Of a stretch of 55,077 nt of DNA, positions 1 through 10,700 are shown one piece after another. Origin of the DNA: a virus (taxonomy: Duplodnaviria > Caudoviricetes); the IMG/VR virus record IMGVR_UViG_3300037479_000047, positions 1 to 55,077 of that record; one strand, written 5' to 3'. Within the stretch, counting starts at the first letter, position 1. Each line of letters begins with the position of its first letter. A program made the position numbers and the translations under genes. Under the pieces are notes generated by a model. It saw only the letters and a program-made list of their open reading frames with translations, was not told where the DNA came from and made no database searches.

Positions 1-190
1 CATAAATTTGGCCGAATCTGTGAGCGTCAATGAGTGCGCCGGGGACAGTGTAGTCCCCTTCGGCATTAGGTTCGTCCACAACGACTTCGGTGAGTTCAAG
101 CACCGTGCAGTCCCCGATCCCGATATACATATGGGCATCGTCAGACGGCCGTCGCCAAGTGACCCGATCACCAACCTTGATGGTGCTCAT
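1..190 (-). CDS. Small hypothetical protein (MSTIKVGDRVTW...), runs off the left edge and appears to continue at 55077-55043
   Basis: ATG at 190 preceded by GAAAGGA RBS; open to position 1; joining to the right end continues in frame to TAG at 55045-55043. Confidence 0.6.
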   Translation of the reverse strand, partial: MSTIKVGDRVTWRRPSDDAHMYIGIGDCTVLELTEVVVDEPNAEGDYTVPGALIDAHRFGQIY

Positions 191-507
191 AAGTAGTTCC
201 TTTCGATTGTCAAAGAGCCGCAGCCGGTTTACGACTGTAATGCCATCTTATCATAGATCGCCTTGTCAGTCTAACCGCTCCAGTTAAGAACAATGACTTA
301 GCCGAACCTCGGAACGGAACAATAAGGCTTTGCGGGCGGTGAAATTTATTTTTCGGGATGACTTGGTGATTTAGTTGCGAATGGTCGATTGCAAGTTCCA
401 TTCTGTTCAGGAGGAAGTCTTGATCGTTGCGTCACGCCTTGCCGCGTTTCGCTGTTGAGTCCAGTACCATGACGTGCTTCCCTAAGGAAAAGTCTGGGAG
501 GAACATA

Positions 508-690
508 ATGGGCGCTCTGCGGAAGCAGAAGGATCGGCCCGATGGCGGCAGACGGTTGCCACCTGAGGCGTTCCAATACGACGACGATGTGACCCCAGAG
601 GTCGTAAAAACCATCCAAGAAAAAGCGGACAAGATCATCCGCAAAGAAGAGGAATGGGTCGTCATCGACGGCTATGTCGGAAAAAAGTGA
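508..690 (+). CDS. Hypothetical protein (60 aa)
   Basis: ATG 508 with GGGAGG RBS inside ORF 427..690. Confidence 0.45.
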   Translation: MGALRKQKDRPDGGRRLPPEAFQYDDDVTPEVVKTIQEKADKIIRKEEEWVVIDGYVGKK

Positions 691-1105
691 GCCGGCGTGG
701 GTAACGCGCCCACCGTCAGCTTACGACATGCGTCGGCCCAATCTTTCAATTCGGCGCGGGTTTCTGGAGGGGTGGCTTTGCCACGGCCAAGCAACGCCTG
801 GAAACGGCCCGCCCATGCCCGCACGAAGTTTTCAATGATCAGCGCCTTATCCATTTCGCTGATGAAGGGTGCGAACATCGATAGCCAGGGGATTAGATCA
901 GCTTCGATACTGCCGGGACGGACTTCACGAACGTACATATCCACTTCGCCGAGTAGCGCTCGTATTCATCGCCAAGTGCGGCAAAGGCCCCGACGAAAGC
1001 ACTAAGTTCTATCGGCTCTTGCGTCGAAAGCCTGAGAACAATGAATGGCTCGCCCCTTGCCATTGCGGCAGAATAGGAACGCAGCCCTAGGTTGTCATCT
1101 GCCAT
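672..1105 (-). pseudogene. Frame-broken, truncated remnant of a hypothetical protein
   Basis: ORFs 893..1105 (EPFIVLRLSTQEPIELSAFVGAF) and 672..944 (MYVREVRPGSIEADLIPWL) read like consecutive halves of one protein in different frames. Confidence 0.45.
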
Positions 1106-1445
1106 TTTGTTTCCGCGTTATGCGTTTGCTACGCAATGCCGGGCGTTTGCGCCATAATACCGCCCGTTTGCGCGCCAACGTCCCCTGCTGTCGGCTTTGG
1201 CGGATTTCGGTCTTTAGAATCGCCTCACGCTCGGCCTCAATCCACACCCTGAGCTTGGCCTCGGCTTCCTGCGGAGTGGCACCGTAATGGAAGCCAGCCA
1301 CACCATAGGCCCAGACATAGCGCTTCTTGCCGGTGGTGGGATCTTGGCGCTTCTGCTTCTCAGGCAGCCAGCCGATGCAGAGATGCTTGCGCGCCGGCGG
1401 GCAAACCGGGTCGGTCGAGACGTATGTGTGCGTCGGGAAACGCAT
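1095..1445 (-). CDS. Basic hypothetical early protein
   Basis: 116 aa ORF tightly coupled to its neighbours. Confidence 0.55.
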   Translation of the reverse strand: MRFPTHTYVSTDPVCPPARKHLCIGWLPEKQKRQDPTTGKKRYVWAYGVAGFHYGATPQEAEAKLRVWIEAEREAILKTEIRQSRQQGTLARKRAVLWRKRPALRSKRITRKQNGR

Positions 1446-1448
1446 TCC

Positions 1449-3071
1449 TCACCCCTCTGAGCCTAGGGAGCGGATGGCGGCGGCGCAGTCACGAGCCATC
1501 GCTGCGCCCTCTTTATCGCCGTCTCGATCAAAGTGTTTGGCCCAAGCATCTACAATCTTCGCGCATCTCTCACGCTCGGCAGCGATGGCTTGGCGAATTG
1601 CATCACTGACCAGCCCGACAGAAAACAAGGCAACGGCAGTCGCATTCGGCTGTAGCGACTCCATAATCTCACAAGCTCTTTCCTCCGGCGTCATGGTCCT
1701 ACTCCTTGCCTGGGGAGAGAGCCGCTTCAAAGAGCTCTCCTTGCCTAGAGCGGCGCGGGCGATCTCTTTGAGAGTGAACCAATCCATGTGCATCGGTTCA
1801 GCGGGCTCAAACGCAATCTGACCAAGTGCCTCCCGCAACCTCCCCACCTTGCTTAGAGCGGTGCGGGCGTTCATTGCTTTCTCGACAACATTGTCGCCGG
1901 GGAAGTCCGCCAAGAAAACTTCAACGTGGCACAGCGTGCCAACAGGATCGCCTTCGAGTTCTGCTCGCAATCTCTCCACCTCCACCGTGAGGGCTCGGTT
2001 GGCGGATTGGAGGGCTTTGTATAGTTGTTTGTTTTCTAGTTCGTAGCGTTCAGCCTTAAGCCTTGCTGCATGTTCCTTTTGCCAATCGGTTTCAAGCGAA
2101 CGGAGCAGGGCGATAGTGTCTTTTGCAAGTTGCGGCTCGACCCCAACAAAGTCAGCGCCATCGGCACTCATGCGCTCGCAAAGTTCAAACTGCTCCGCCA
2201 GCTTCTCGACCTCGCTGAGTGACGCCTTGGCGTCGCTGGCGGGAGAGGGAGAGAAGGGCTGTGGCTTTGAGCCATTTTGCACGGAGTGGCTTTGAGCCAT
2301 TCTACCAAGAGGCTCTCGGCCTTCGCCGCTTGGCTCGCAATTAAGGGCTTCGCGTCGGCTCACGTCGCCCACCACATCTCCGTGAATAGGACACTCGCGC
2401 GGGTCCAGTTGCGTCTGTCCCAACCTCGCATCTTCATCCTTCCTTTCTCCCCCCTGTGGGGAGGGAGTTAGCTTAGTGCGGTAATGGCCTTCCTCGCCCC
2501 CGATAAGCTCGATCTCTTGCTTGCAGACATAGCAGATCAGCTTTTCGTCTGGCGTGCCGAAGTTTTCCATGCCGACGCTGGTGTGACGGCATTCCTCAGC
2601 CGCCGCAGGGTTGCGCTTTTGAAACTCCTGCACAGCACTATCTAGTTCGAGAACAGATGCTAGGGTATCCTTTCCGGTTTCTAGTGGGGGAGGGGGAAGC
2701 GGTTGCCAGCGTGTCGGACGATTGGCAAACGGCGATGAATACTCACCTGTGACCCACGCCTTAAAGTAGTTCGACCATTGCCCTGTCCTGACGACAAATG
2801 GATGGTCAAACCCAAGCAGAACCTCCGTCCCATCCTTCGGCGCGCTCGCAATATCCCGCCACCCTCCCGCACCTTGCATCGCCAGCGCACGGCGGGCGAG
2901 GGCGATTAAATCTTTGAGCGTTGGACGGATCACGTCATAGTCTTTGCCGTCGTTAAAATCAGCGGCTAGATAGGCGTAGCCAGCATCGCAATGCCGCTCA
3001 AGATTGTCCAACTCCTCCACGCTGATGCAAGGTAACACCCTTGCATCGCTGATCTCGGGTGTTTCAGTCAT
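1449..3071 (-). CDS. Mosaic early protein containing a DUF551-like segment
   Basis: WRDIASAPKDGTEVLL...PTRWQPLPPPP motif, plus coiled-coil Ead/Ea22-like segments. Confidence 0.6.
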   Translation of the reverse strand: MTETPEISDARVLPCISVEELDNLERHCDAGYAYLAADFNDGKDYDVIRPTLKDLIALARRALAMQGAGGWRDIASAPKDGTEVLLGFDHPFVVRTGQWSNYFKAWVTGEYSSPFANRPTRWQPLPPPPLETGKDTLASVLELDSAVQEFQKRNPAAAEECRHTSVGMENFGTPDEKLICYVCKQEIELIGGEEGHYRTKLTPSPQGGERKDEDARLGQTQLDPRECPIHGDVVGDVSRREALNCEPSGEGREPLGRMAQSHSVQNGSKPQPFSPSPASDAKASLSEVEKLAEQFELCERMSADGADFVGVEPQLAKDTIALLRSLETDWQKEHAARLKAERYELENKQLYKALQSANRALTVEVERLRAELEGDPVGTLCHVEVFLADFPGDNVVEKAMNARTALSKVGRLREALGQIAFEPAEPMHMDWFTLKEIARAALGKESSLKRLSPQARSRTMTPEERACEIMESLQPNATAVALFSVGLVSDAIRQAIAAERERCAKIVDAWAKHFDRDGDKEGAAMARDCAAAIRSLGSEG

Positions 3072-3625
3072 TGCTTGAAAGCCTCAAATTCGGCGGTCTT
3101 GGCGATGTAGAGGGGATGCCGTGGCGATCCGTCCTTAGTACGTCCTAGGCAGAACAGTCTTATTCCAGCATCTTGCAGTGCCAGCTGCGTTTCGTTGGCG
3201 TAGTGGCGAAGCCGCTTTGGCAGCGCGCCCCATGCGGCAATCACGAAATCCGAATGCTTGGCGTAACTCAGAATGAGATCAAGGTTGCCGGGGCTGCGCG
3301 GCTCTACGCTCGGAGCAAGCAATTTCTTCGGGTCGGTAGCCCGATAGTCCATGACGTTGAATTTCATGTAGCACTCACAGCCAAGTCTGCGGGTAAAGGC
3401 GATTTCGCGCCGAATGGTTGGATCGTCCACGGTATCCTCAGCCGTGCTAGGATTCATGCCGATCCAGAGTGCAACCTTTGTCGGTGGGCCGTCCTTGTCC
3501 TCTTGCCATTCCCGGCTGAGCCACAAGCGATACTTTCCACACACGCTGAAACGCGCTTCGCCATAAACTCCATCTTGCAATCGGAGCCTGGTTTTGCCGC
3601 CAGGATCGTGCGCTGCAATGCTCAT
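3068..3625 (-). CDS. DUF1643 family protein
   Basis: YRLWLSREW, IGMNPSTA, DDPTIRR, AAWG and PRHPLY motifs; ATG 3625 with GGAGGAG RBS. Confidence 0.85.
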   Translation of the reverse strand: MSIAAHDPGGKTRLRLQDGVYGEARFSVCGKYRLWLSREWQEDKDGPPTKVALWIGMNPSTAEDTVDDPTIRREIAFTRRLGCECYMKFNVMDYRATDPKKLLAPSVEPRSPGNLDLILSYAKHSDFVIAAWGALPKRLRHYANETQLALQDAGIRLFCLGRTKDGSPRHPLYIAKTAEFEAFKQ

Positions 3626-3750
3626 CTCTCCTCCCTCACATTGAAACCCTCTACTGCAAGCGCGAATTTGCACCAGGGGATTGCTAAGTAGGGGTAAGCA
3701 ATAAAAGCTCCAAAGAGCCAGGCCGCGATTACTAGAGCGAATAGCTTCAT
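3622..3750 (-). CDS. Small membrane peptide (42 aa, MKLFALVIAAWLFGAFIAY...)
   Basis: Hydrophobic ORF with GGAGG RBS; stop overlaps the next start. Confidence 0.5.
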   Translation of the reverse strand: MKLFALVIAAWLFGAFIAYPYLAIPWCKFALAVEGFNVREER

Positions 3751-3829
3751 TTCCTCCCCTTCCTCTCATCGAGAGCCGCGCGACCGGCAGGGGTAATGCG
3801 CTCTCCAATGGCTCGTGCGCTCAGCTTCG

Positions 3830-4039
3830 TCATGTCCAAAATTCCTCGTTGGTGATTTTCCCTTCAAGGCGATCCCGGTTCGCACAAAACCACTTGAAGC
3901 TCTCCGCATGTGCATATTCCCCGGCGGAGGGGAGAAGCTTCCGAATCATCCACGGCCACCAGATCGTGACTTGGTAGGCCAGCCGGCAAAGCGCCCACTG
4001 AATCCGCATCGCTATCAACTCGCTATAGGTCATGGGCAC
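3830..4039 (-). CDS. Hypothetical early protein
   Basis: 69 aa ORF in the leftward operon. Confidence 0.45.
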   Translation of the reverse strand: MPMTYSELIAMRIQWALCRLAYQVTIWWPWMIRKLLPSAGEYAHAESFKWFCANRDRLEGKITNEEFWT

Positions 4040-4256
4040 GAGTCTAAATACTCCGGTTCACAATATTGCCAGACTGGGATATTGGGGACTTGAAAGCGCG
4101 CCAAGCGCGCAAAGCCAGTTTTCCTGTCCTTGGTCAGCTTGCGCCACGCAGCTCCTAATGACCGTGCCCTGACCCGGCCACGGAAACGACCACACTCAAT
4201 TTTGTATTCGCCAAGAGTCTCACTCATCCCCCGCCTCCTCATCTTCCTCGGGTGGG

Positions 4257-5006
4257 CTACAGCGTTTTCGTATCGAGCCACCAAGCAACAAAGAAGGTGA
4301 CAGCTCGGTTGAAATCCGAGTTGCGCCAGAGCGTGCGGTTCGGAACCATGATTTGCCCCACCACGATAGGATCGGGGCTGCGGCGCCTAGGCAGCACGCC
4401 CATCGTGTCAAAAATCTTGAGCTTCATCGCCGCCTCGGTAGCTTCTCGGATTTCTGCCTTGGCGAGCTTGAAGGGAAAATCCACGTCCCGAAATTCCTCG
4501 GCGTAAACGTAACGGACCTCTTTCGTTGTGCCGTCTTTCTGACGCTCGACTTCGGTATAGGTGTCTGTGCGCGGACGCGGATCGACGTAGCGACCGACGC
4601 CCTGTGGTAGCACCTGCGGAAGCTGGTCGTGATTGTTGCGGTAGGGACTATCCATCCGCGCGGGAAATTCCTTCTTGGTGCGGATAGCGAACACATCCAC
4701 CGGGAACGGCGGGACGATGTAGTAACCAGCCTCAAGCGCCGCCTTGATCTTGCGGTAAAAGTGCTCGCGCTTCTCAGCCTTGGAGACCTCCCGCCGCCAG
4801 CCGCTTGAATCCCATTTGCGGGCGATTGCCTTTTCAAGCTCAGCCTTGTGGCCAGCGATCTCCTGCTTAAGCGCTTGGATTTTCCGCGCCGCCCACAAGA
4901 TCAGCGAGCGTTGCGCGGCTTCCATCTCTTTCGGGCTTTGCGCGATGACGGTGAAATCCATCGGCATCTCGACAACCGTTTCGACTGTTGCAACTTCGCT
5001 GGACAT
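4257..5006 (-). CDS. Hypothetical early protein (249 aa)
   Basis: Long ORF with GAGGAGAG RBS and coiled-coil N-terminus. Confidence 0.7.
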   Translation of the reverse strand: MSSEVATVETVVEMPMDFTVIAQSPKEMEAAQRSLILWAARKIQALKQEIAGHKAELEKAIARKWDSSGWRREVSKAEKREHFYRKIKAALEAGYYIVPPFPVDVFAIRTKKEFPARMDSPYRNNHDQLPQVLPQGVGRYVDPRPRTDTYTEVERQKDGTTKEVRYVYAEEFRDVDFPFKLAKAEIREATEAAMKLKIFDTMGVLPRRRSPDPIVVGQIMVPNRTLWRNSDFNRAVTFFVAWWLDTKTL

Positions 5007-5022
5007 TTTCTCTCTCCTCTAG

Positions 5023-5403
5023 TTAGCGGTGGCGGGGAACCACAGTGCCACCGACCTTGCGCTTGAACAGCCGCGTCCACGGCCAGGGTTTTTTCTCCTT
5101 GAGGCCGTAATGGGCCTTCTTGATGCGCTTGGTGAGCGCGCGCGCGGCGAAGTCCTGCTTCGTCCGCAGTGAGTGACACTCGGCGCACACGGCGAAAATC
5201 ATACTTTCGCGGTGTTCCCCGCCATTGGCGAGCGCAGGCCGGTGATCGAATTGCGGCTTGAGCTTAGCATCGAATTGGCGATGGCACGGGCCTGTGCAGC
5301 GGCCCCCGCCGCGCTCGACAATCCGCAGTTTGACGTCGGCTGGGATTTTTGCGGTCGGGGTCTTGCCGACCCACTCAGGGCGCGGGCGGGGGAGGGCGAT
5401 CAT
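5023..5403 (-). CDS. HNH endonuclease
   Basis: C-x3-C, FDHRPALANGG and CAECH motifs. Confidence 0.8.
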   Translation of the reverse strand: MIALPRPRPEWVGKTPTAKIPADVKLRIVERGGGRCTGPCHRQFDAKLKPQFDHRPALANGGEHRESMIFAVCAECHSLRTKQDFAARALTKRIKKAHYGLKEKKPWPWTRLFKRKVGGTVVPRHR

Positions 5404-5636
5404 ATCAGGCCCTTCTCGGTCGCCAGCCATTCCGGCATGGTCACGGTGAAGGTCTTGCCGTTTGGCGTAATCTCGATTTGCGAGCGCGGGATCCAGGCCC
5501 ATTTCTTCCGGGGCTTGATCTCGCCGGTTTTGCGGTCGGGCAGGCCATCCTCCATGCTCACGCCGTCCCAAATGGCAATCGCTTTCTCGCGCTCGGCCAT
5601 GATGTAGCACTCGATGTCAACCAGGTCGGATTTCAT
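5400..5636 (-). CDS. Hypothetical phage protein
   Basis: WIPRSQIE and VTMPEWLA..KGL motifs common in small phage proteins; translationally coupled. Confidence 0.65.
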   Translation of the reverse strand: MKSDLVDIECYIMAEREKAIAIWDGVSMEDGLPDRKTGEIKPRKKWAWIPRSQIEITPNGKTFTVTMPEWLATEKGLI

Positions 5637-6160
5637 GCGGCCTTCCCCGCATTGGCGTTGCCTTCTTCTGGCGAAATTCCCACCAAAGCCCAAGCCCACG
5701 CCAGAACAGCGACCTTCGATTTCTGAAACTCGCCCTTGGGCATGGCCCGATAGCTTTGAGACTTTGCCGTGCGGACCACGACCGCTTGCTTATAGGAGGA
5801 GACGATAGCAAGCGGCGCCAAGGGAGCGATAAAGGCTGCCATGCGCTTCGCCTCATGCTCGTCAGCACAAATGATCCGCTTCTCGTTGTAGAAGCCGGTG
5901 GCGATCAGCCCTGTGGCGCGGAATTTCTCGAAGGTGGGAAATTCGTGGGTGATGTCCTCGGGCAAATTCATCCAGGCTTCGGTGAGCGAAGCGAAATAAT
6001 GCTGATGTGATTGCAGCGAGCGCTCCAAGTGCTGAATGAATAGATAGCGTCCGCCGTCCTCGAAGGTCTCGTTGCAGCGTTTAAGCTGATAGCTGGTCGC
6101 CGGCGCGAACTTGCCTTCATCCTTGCGCCAGATCAGGGGGAGCGGGCTTACGGTGTCCAC
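5633..6160 (-). CDS. NinB/YbcN-like recombination accessory protein
   Basis: RSLQSHQHYFA...AW motif; lies directly after the exonuclease and SSAP genes. Confidence 0.55.
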   Translation of the reverse strand: MDTVSPLPLIWRKDEGKFAPATSYQLKRCNETFEDGGRYLFIQHLERSLQSHQHYFASLTEAWMNLPEDITHEFPTFEKFRATGLIATGFYNEKRIICADEHEAKRMAAFIAPLAPLAIVSSYKQAVVVRTAKSQSYRAMPKGEFQKSKVAVLAWAWALVGISPEEGNANAGKAA

Positions 6161-6858
6161 GGCGGCGCCTCCTGGGCTTGCGCGAGCATTGCGTCATGCG
6201 CGATCAGCGAGGCTTGCAGATCGGCCTTCAGGGTCGAAGGAGCGCCGTAGCGGCGCACGCGCTGCACAATCTCATCAAGCTCGTAATTGAACCGCTCGAT
6301 TTCCTCGGCGAGATTGAGAATGTATTGCGGGTCGGGCTCACAACGTTTGATGAACGGCGTGCAGCCCGGCCAATAGATAATGATGTCGAGCCACGCGCGG
6401 CCAGTGATCCAAAGCTCGCCCTGGGCTTGCGCCTTGTGCTCGAGCGGAAATTGGTCTTTCAGGATGTAATCAATCAGAATGTCGGGGAGCGCCGTCTTGA
6501 CGCTGAGAATACCGTCATCGGCGATCAGGCGATCAGGTGATCCGCCTTTATCGCCCAAGCGAAAGAAGCCGCACGCCTTGGGCTCGCAGTCCCTTGAGAA
6601 GGCGTAAAAGTCGCACGCCTCGCCTTCCATCGCGCGCCCGCGCTCAAGGTGCGGATTGGTATAGGGCTCAGTTCGCACGCCCCACAGACGCTCGGCGGCA
6701 AGCCGCCGCATATATTTAGCGCGTGTGACGGATGGTTCGCCTTTTTTGCGGCCCTGCGCGAGCACAGTATGAAACTCCGAGCAGGTGGGGATGCCCATGC
6801 GGGCGTTCCACCATTGCTCGGAATATTGTTCCGCCTCGATATGCAGGAGTTCAGGCAC
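6148..6858 (-). CDS. YqaJ/lambda-exonuclease family recombinase
   Basis: QYSEQWWNARMGIPTCS, GGSPDRL and QAQGELWITG motifs. Confidence 0.88.
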   Translation of the reverse strand: MPELLHIEAEQYSEQWWNARMGIPTCSEFHTVLAQGRKKGEPSVTRAKYMRRLAAERLWGVRTEPYTNPHLERGRAMEGEACDFYAFSRDCEPKACGFFRLGDKGGSPDRLIADDGILSVKTALPDILIDYILKDQFPLEHKAQAQGELWITGRAWLDIIIYWPGCTPFIKRCEPDPQYILNLAEEIERFNYELDEIVQRVRRYGAPSTLKADLQASLIAHDAMLAQAQEAPPWTP

Positions 6859-7588
6859 TAGCTTTTGCCTTTCGCTTTGATGCGAGCGCGGCTTTCGCCT
6901 TCTGCAAATCCTTTACCCTGATTTCGGTGAGCGCTTCGGCACCCATGTATTGCAGGAACTTGTTGTAGTCGGCGCCGACTGCCGTGATCTCCTTCGCCAA
7001 TTCCTCGGCTTGCTCGTCGCTGATGAGATCGCCGCCACCTGATGAGCTGTCGTCGTCCTTGCTTGCCGCTAAGCCGAGCGCGGCCTTCAACGAATAGCGC
7101 TGCAAATAGGTGACGGCAGAGCCGATAGCCTGGATGGCGTTCTTGCTGCCAGTGGTATCGGGTTGCGAGGAAAGCGAATTTTCCTCGCTGTGCCCGTCCC
7201 GGTGCGAGATAATGCATGTCACCTTGACGACGCCGTTGCTCTCCGTGCGGAAGCGGTAGCTCAACCCGTGCTTGGCAAGGATCGGATCGACCTGTTTGGC
7301 GATGGCCGCCAAATCCTCGTAGCGATAGGTGCCGCCGGCGCCGGTTTTCTCTTGCGTCTTGATGATGATGGGCAGCTCGGCCTTGGCGGCGGCGATAGCG
7401 GCGTCGAACGCCTTGCGGGCCAGGTTCGCTTCCCAACGCTCTTGCAGGCCCATGAGCTTGTCTAACGTTTCGATGTTGGCGCCCTGCGCCACGGCGCGAT
7501 CAAGCATCGCCATCGGTGTCAGCGCTGTGCTTTCCGGAATCTCTAACGGCGCTTGCGCCTGGCGGGCGAGTTCCTTAGCGTTAGTCAT
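6851..7588 (-). CDS. erf: ERF-family single-strand annealing protein
   Basis: GSAVTYLQRYSLKAALGLA...DDD ERF signature. Confidence 0.9.
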   Translation of the reverse strand: MTNAKELARQAQAPLEIPESTALTPMAMLDRAVAQGANIETLDKLMGLQERWEANLARKAFDAAIAAAKAELPIIIKTQEKTGAGGTYRYEDLAAIAKQVDPILAKHGLSYRFRTESNGVVKVTCIISHRDGHSEENSLSSQPDTTGSKNAIQAIGSAVTYLQRYSLKAALGLAASKDDDSSSGGGDLISDEQAEELAKEITAVGADYNKFLQYMGAEALTEIRVKDLQKAKAALASKRKAKASA

Positions 7589-7636
7589 GCGGGTGATCCT
7601 CCTGCTGCAATTCGGCTCGCGTTCGCATCAATAAGT

Positions 7637-7716
7637 CCTTGCCTTGCCTTGCCTTGCCATGCCGCGCCGAGCCGCGCCTTGCCTCGCCTTGCCACGCCGC
7701 GCCCCGCCCTGCCGTG
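7637..7716. repeat. 16 tandem CCNNG pentamers inside a 45-aa ORF (7585..7722, minus strand)
   Basis: ccttg x4, ccatg, ccgcg, ccgag, ccgcg, ccttg, cctcg, ccttg, ccacg, ccgcg, ccccg, ccctg, ccgtg. Confidence 0.9.
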
Positions 7717-7718
7717 CT

Positions 7719-10700
7719 TCATGCCGACGACTGCTTCTTTGCGTCCGCCTCATCCAATTTCTTGCGGGCCAAAATCAGCAACAGCTTGGCTTCTGAAAGC
7801 AGATTGAGCGCGACCACTTCCTCATCGGTGAGCGGGTCTAATCCGTCCGTCTTGTCATTGATGATGGTGTTGAGCTGGGCGATGATCGGCCAGAGATGTT
7901 GCCTCAAAGTCTTGCCTCCTGCTCGTGCTGGAGTTTTGCTGCCGCCCGCGCGCGGCGCTTGCTTATGGTGAGAGAGCGGGCGGTCATGGCTCTACTTTCC
8001 CAGCGAGGCCGCAGAAGCCGCGTTGAGCTAAGACGCCAGTCGGATAGGCACCTTCCTGCGCTGTTTCGCCCGTGCGCGTAGCTTCAAATTGGTCTACCCA
8101 CCGCCACGCCATGCACCGAGAGGCGACGCAGCGTTTGCCGTCATGCCATGCCGGCGATGCGCCAGCGGTAAGCGGGCCACAACAAATCTTCGTCTTGGCT
8201 TCTTCCTCGGTTAAGATCATGCAGCATCCTCCCGGCAAGCAGCCGCTCGTTCCGCTTTAAGCCGCCGAAGCCCTGCCTGCTCGGCCCGAAGTGCCGAGAG
8301 CAACGCGACGTGCCGATTTACGTCATACGACCAGTGACCGCGCAACGCGGCAGCGTAAGTGGCACGCAGCACTTTCTGGATGTGCGCGATAATTGTTTCA
8401 TGCCCAGGGATGGAGTAGTCTCTGAGTTCGCGCGGCCACACGGCGATATGCCGGGGCAGATCGCGCTCGCGGACGTAAAGCTCGGCATCGGCCTTCACCA
8501 TGTCAGCCCATGGTGCGTTCATTGAACGTGCTCCCCTGGGCCGTCCATGAACTCGCGGAATTTGCGAGCGGTCGTTTCCTTGTCCTTCATCGCGCAATCG
8601 AAGCAGATGCGCTCATTGTTGGGGCCGTAGGGCCTTAGTTCATCCAGCCTGCCGCATAGCTCGCAGCGACCTTCCGCTTCCTCCTGGATGTAAACGATGT
8701 CTCCGATTTTGAAGGTCATTTTCTCTCACCTTCGGCTTGGGCGCGGTGCTCGCGGATGATGCCTGCGAAATGGAGCACAAAACCCTTGGTCGCATCGTTT
8801 GATCGGCGGTGTGCGCGAACGAACAATTTGAGGGCATCGCGCACGGGCACGGCAGGATCACAGAGCGCGTCCCATGCTTGATCGTGTGTGACGTGTCCCA
8901 TCCCGGTCATTCTCCCTTGTGAGAGGCGGGGGGCTTGAAATCGTCGATTGTCATTCGCGGAAGCTTGCCGCCATCTATTGCGTCGGCTAGGGCGCGCAAG
9001 CCGTCCGGTGTAATCACGAACATGAACATGCTGTCGCCGTCTTGGTCCAATGCTTCGACAAGGCCACGCTTCAGCAGGCTGAAATGCTCTTTGCCACCGA
9101 CGATGCAGGCCATGTTGGGGCCAAGGCTTTTCAAGGCTGCGAGTTGATTTTTGCCGAGCGGCTTCATTCCCCTTCCTCCTTCTGGCGGGAGAGGGCGGCG
9201 TGGCGGTTTGTTTGGCGGATGGCGACTCGTTCCTCGTGTTGCAATAGCCCGACCGAAACGTTAAACAGTTTGGCGAGACCTCTGAGCGTGACTGTGTAAA
9301 CCTCGTCGTCATTGTCGCCCCACACGATACGCTCAATCATGCGGTCATACTCGCTCAGCTCACTCGGCATGGGGTTGGTCCTTGAGGGCGCTGGTTGCTT
9401 TCTCAAAATGTTCGATAAGCAAATCTTCCCCGTTTTTGTCGCCCCAATGGCCCATGACAGTGCCGCCGCCCGGCTCGACAATGCCTGCTGGCCAGCCGTT
9501 CCATTCAATGTAGATTTGAAAGGGGTGCAGTATGTGGCCCTTCGAGTTCTTGATCGGTTCCTTGTGGCCGTTCATCGAAATCCAACATTCGTCGCTGACT
9601 TGACGCTCCCAACAGCCGGGGAGAAGATCAATCCGAGTGGCTCCGGTTGCCACGCCATATTTCATGATCGCCACGAATAGCTCTTTGACCTGCGGCTCAC
9701 TCACCTTGTGTCTCCTCGGGGGATTGGATTTCAAACAGCGGCATTCTCACTTCCGCCGATTTTGGCGTGTAGGGAAAGGTGATGGTTGGCCGACCCGGCG
9801 TGTCGATGTCGTAGCAGCGGCCATCGGTCTTAAAGACCGTCGAGCAGCGGAGATTTTGAAAAACGCCGTCGCTAACTTCCATCCACTCGTCATCGTCTCC
9901 GGTGAGCGGTGACAGTGGTTTCCCGGCGATGCACTTGTTGAGAATGGGCTGAACCGCCGCAACCGCCGCTCCGCTATCCCACTGGCCGAAGAACGTCCGC
10001 AGAATGGACAGCATGACCGCTGTGTCATCGGCTCCGAAATTGATGCGCTCTAATTCGCTTCTTGCGTGATCGACAATACTCATTGTCACTCCTCGGGGGA
10101 TTGCGAGAGGGCTTTGGAAATGGCGAGGTCGAAGGCTTGCATGATCGCAGCGTGCCCCTTAGAGTCGTTGCAGACGATCACGCTGTGATAGCCGCAGATC
10201 GGCAGACAGGCACCGGCGAGTAAATCCCACGCCTTAAAAGAGGCCCCGACTTCATCCAAAGCGCCGCGAGCACAAAACTTATTGCCGCGCCGGGGATGCC
10301 GTTGGCACCAGTTGTCAGGGTCTTGGATCAGCTTCTTGGCGGCGATCAGCTCTTTAGCGATTGGATTAAGTTGTCTGTCGCTCATCTCTCATTCCTGTCG
10401 GTTAGGGGTGTGCTCGTCAGAAAAAGGCCACGATACTTTGCAAAAGTCCGGCTTATCCTTGGCGAGCATCATCATCGCCCACCCGGAACACAGTTGGCCT
10501 TCGCGGGCAGGCTCATGGCAGTAGAACTCGTGGCCTTCCATGCAGCACTTGAGCGCATCCATCTGAGTTTGCGGGGAGCCATTGGCGACGTGAGGGCCGG
10601 CGCGGAACGCGCATGAAGCACAGCGCGGGGGAAGTTCAGGAAATCGCAAGCGGGCTTTCGGTTCTGCCTCATCGCAAAAGCGAGCCAGATGCTTGCCAAG

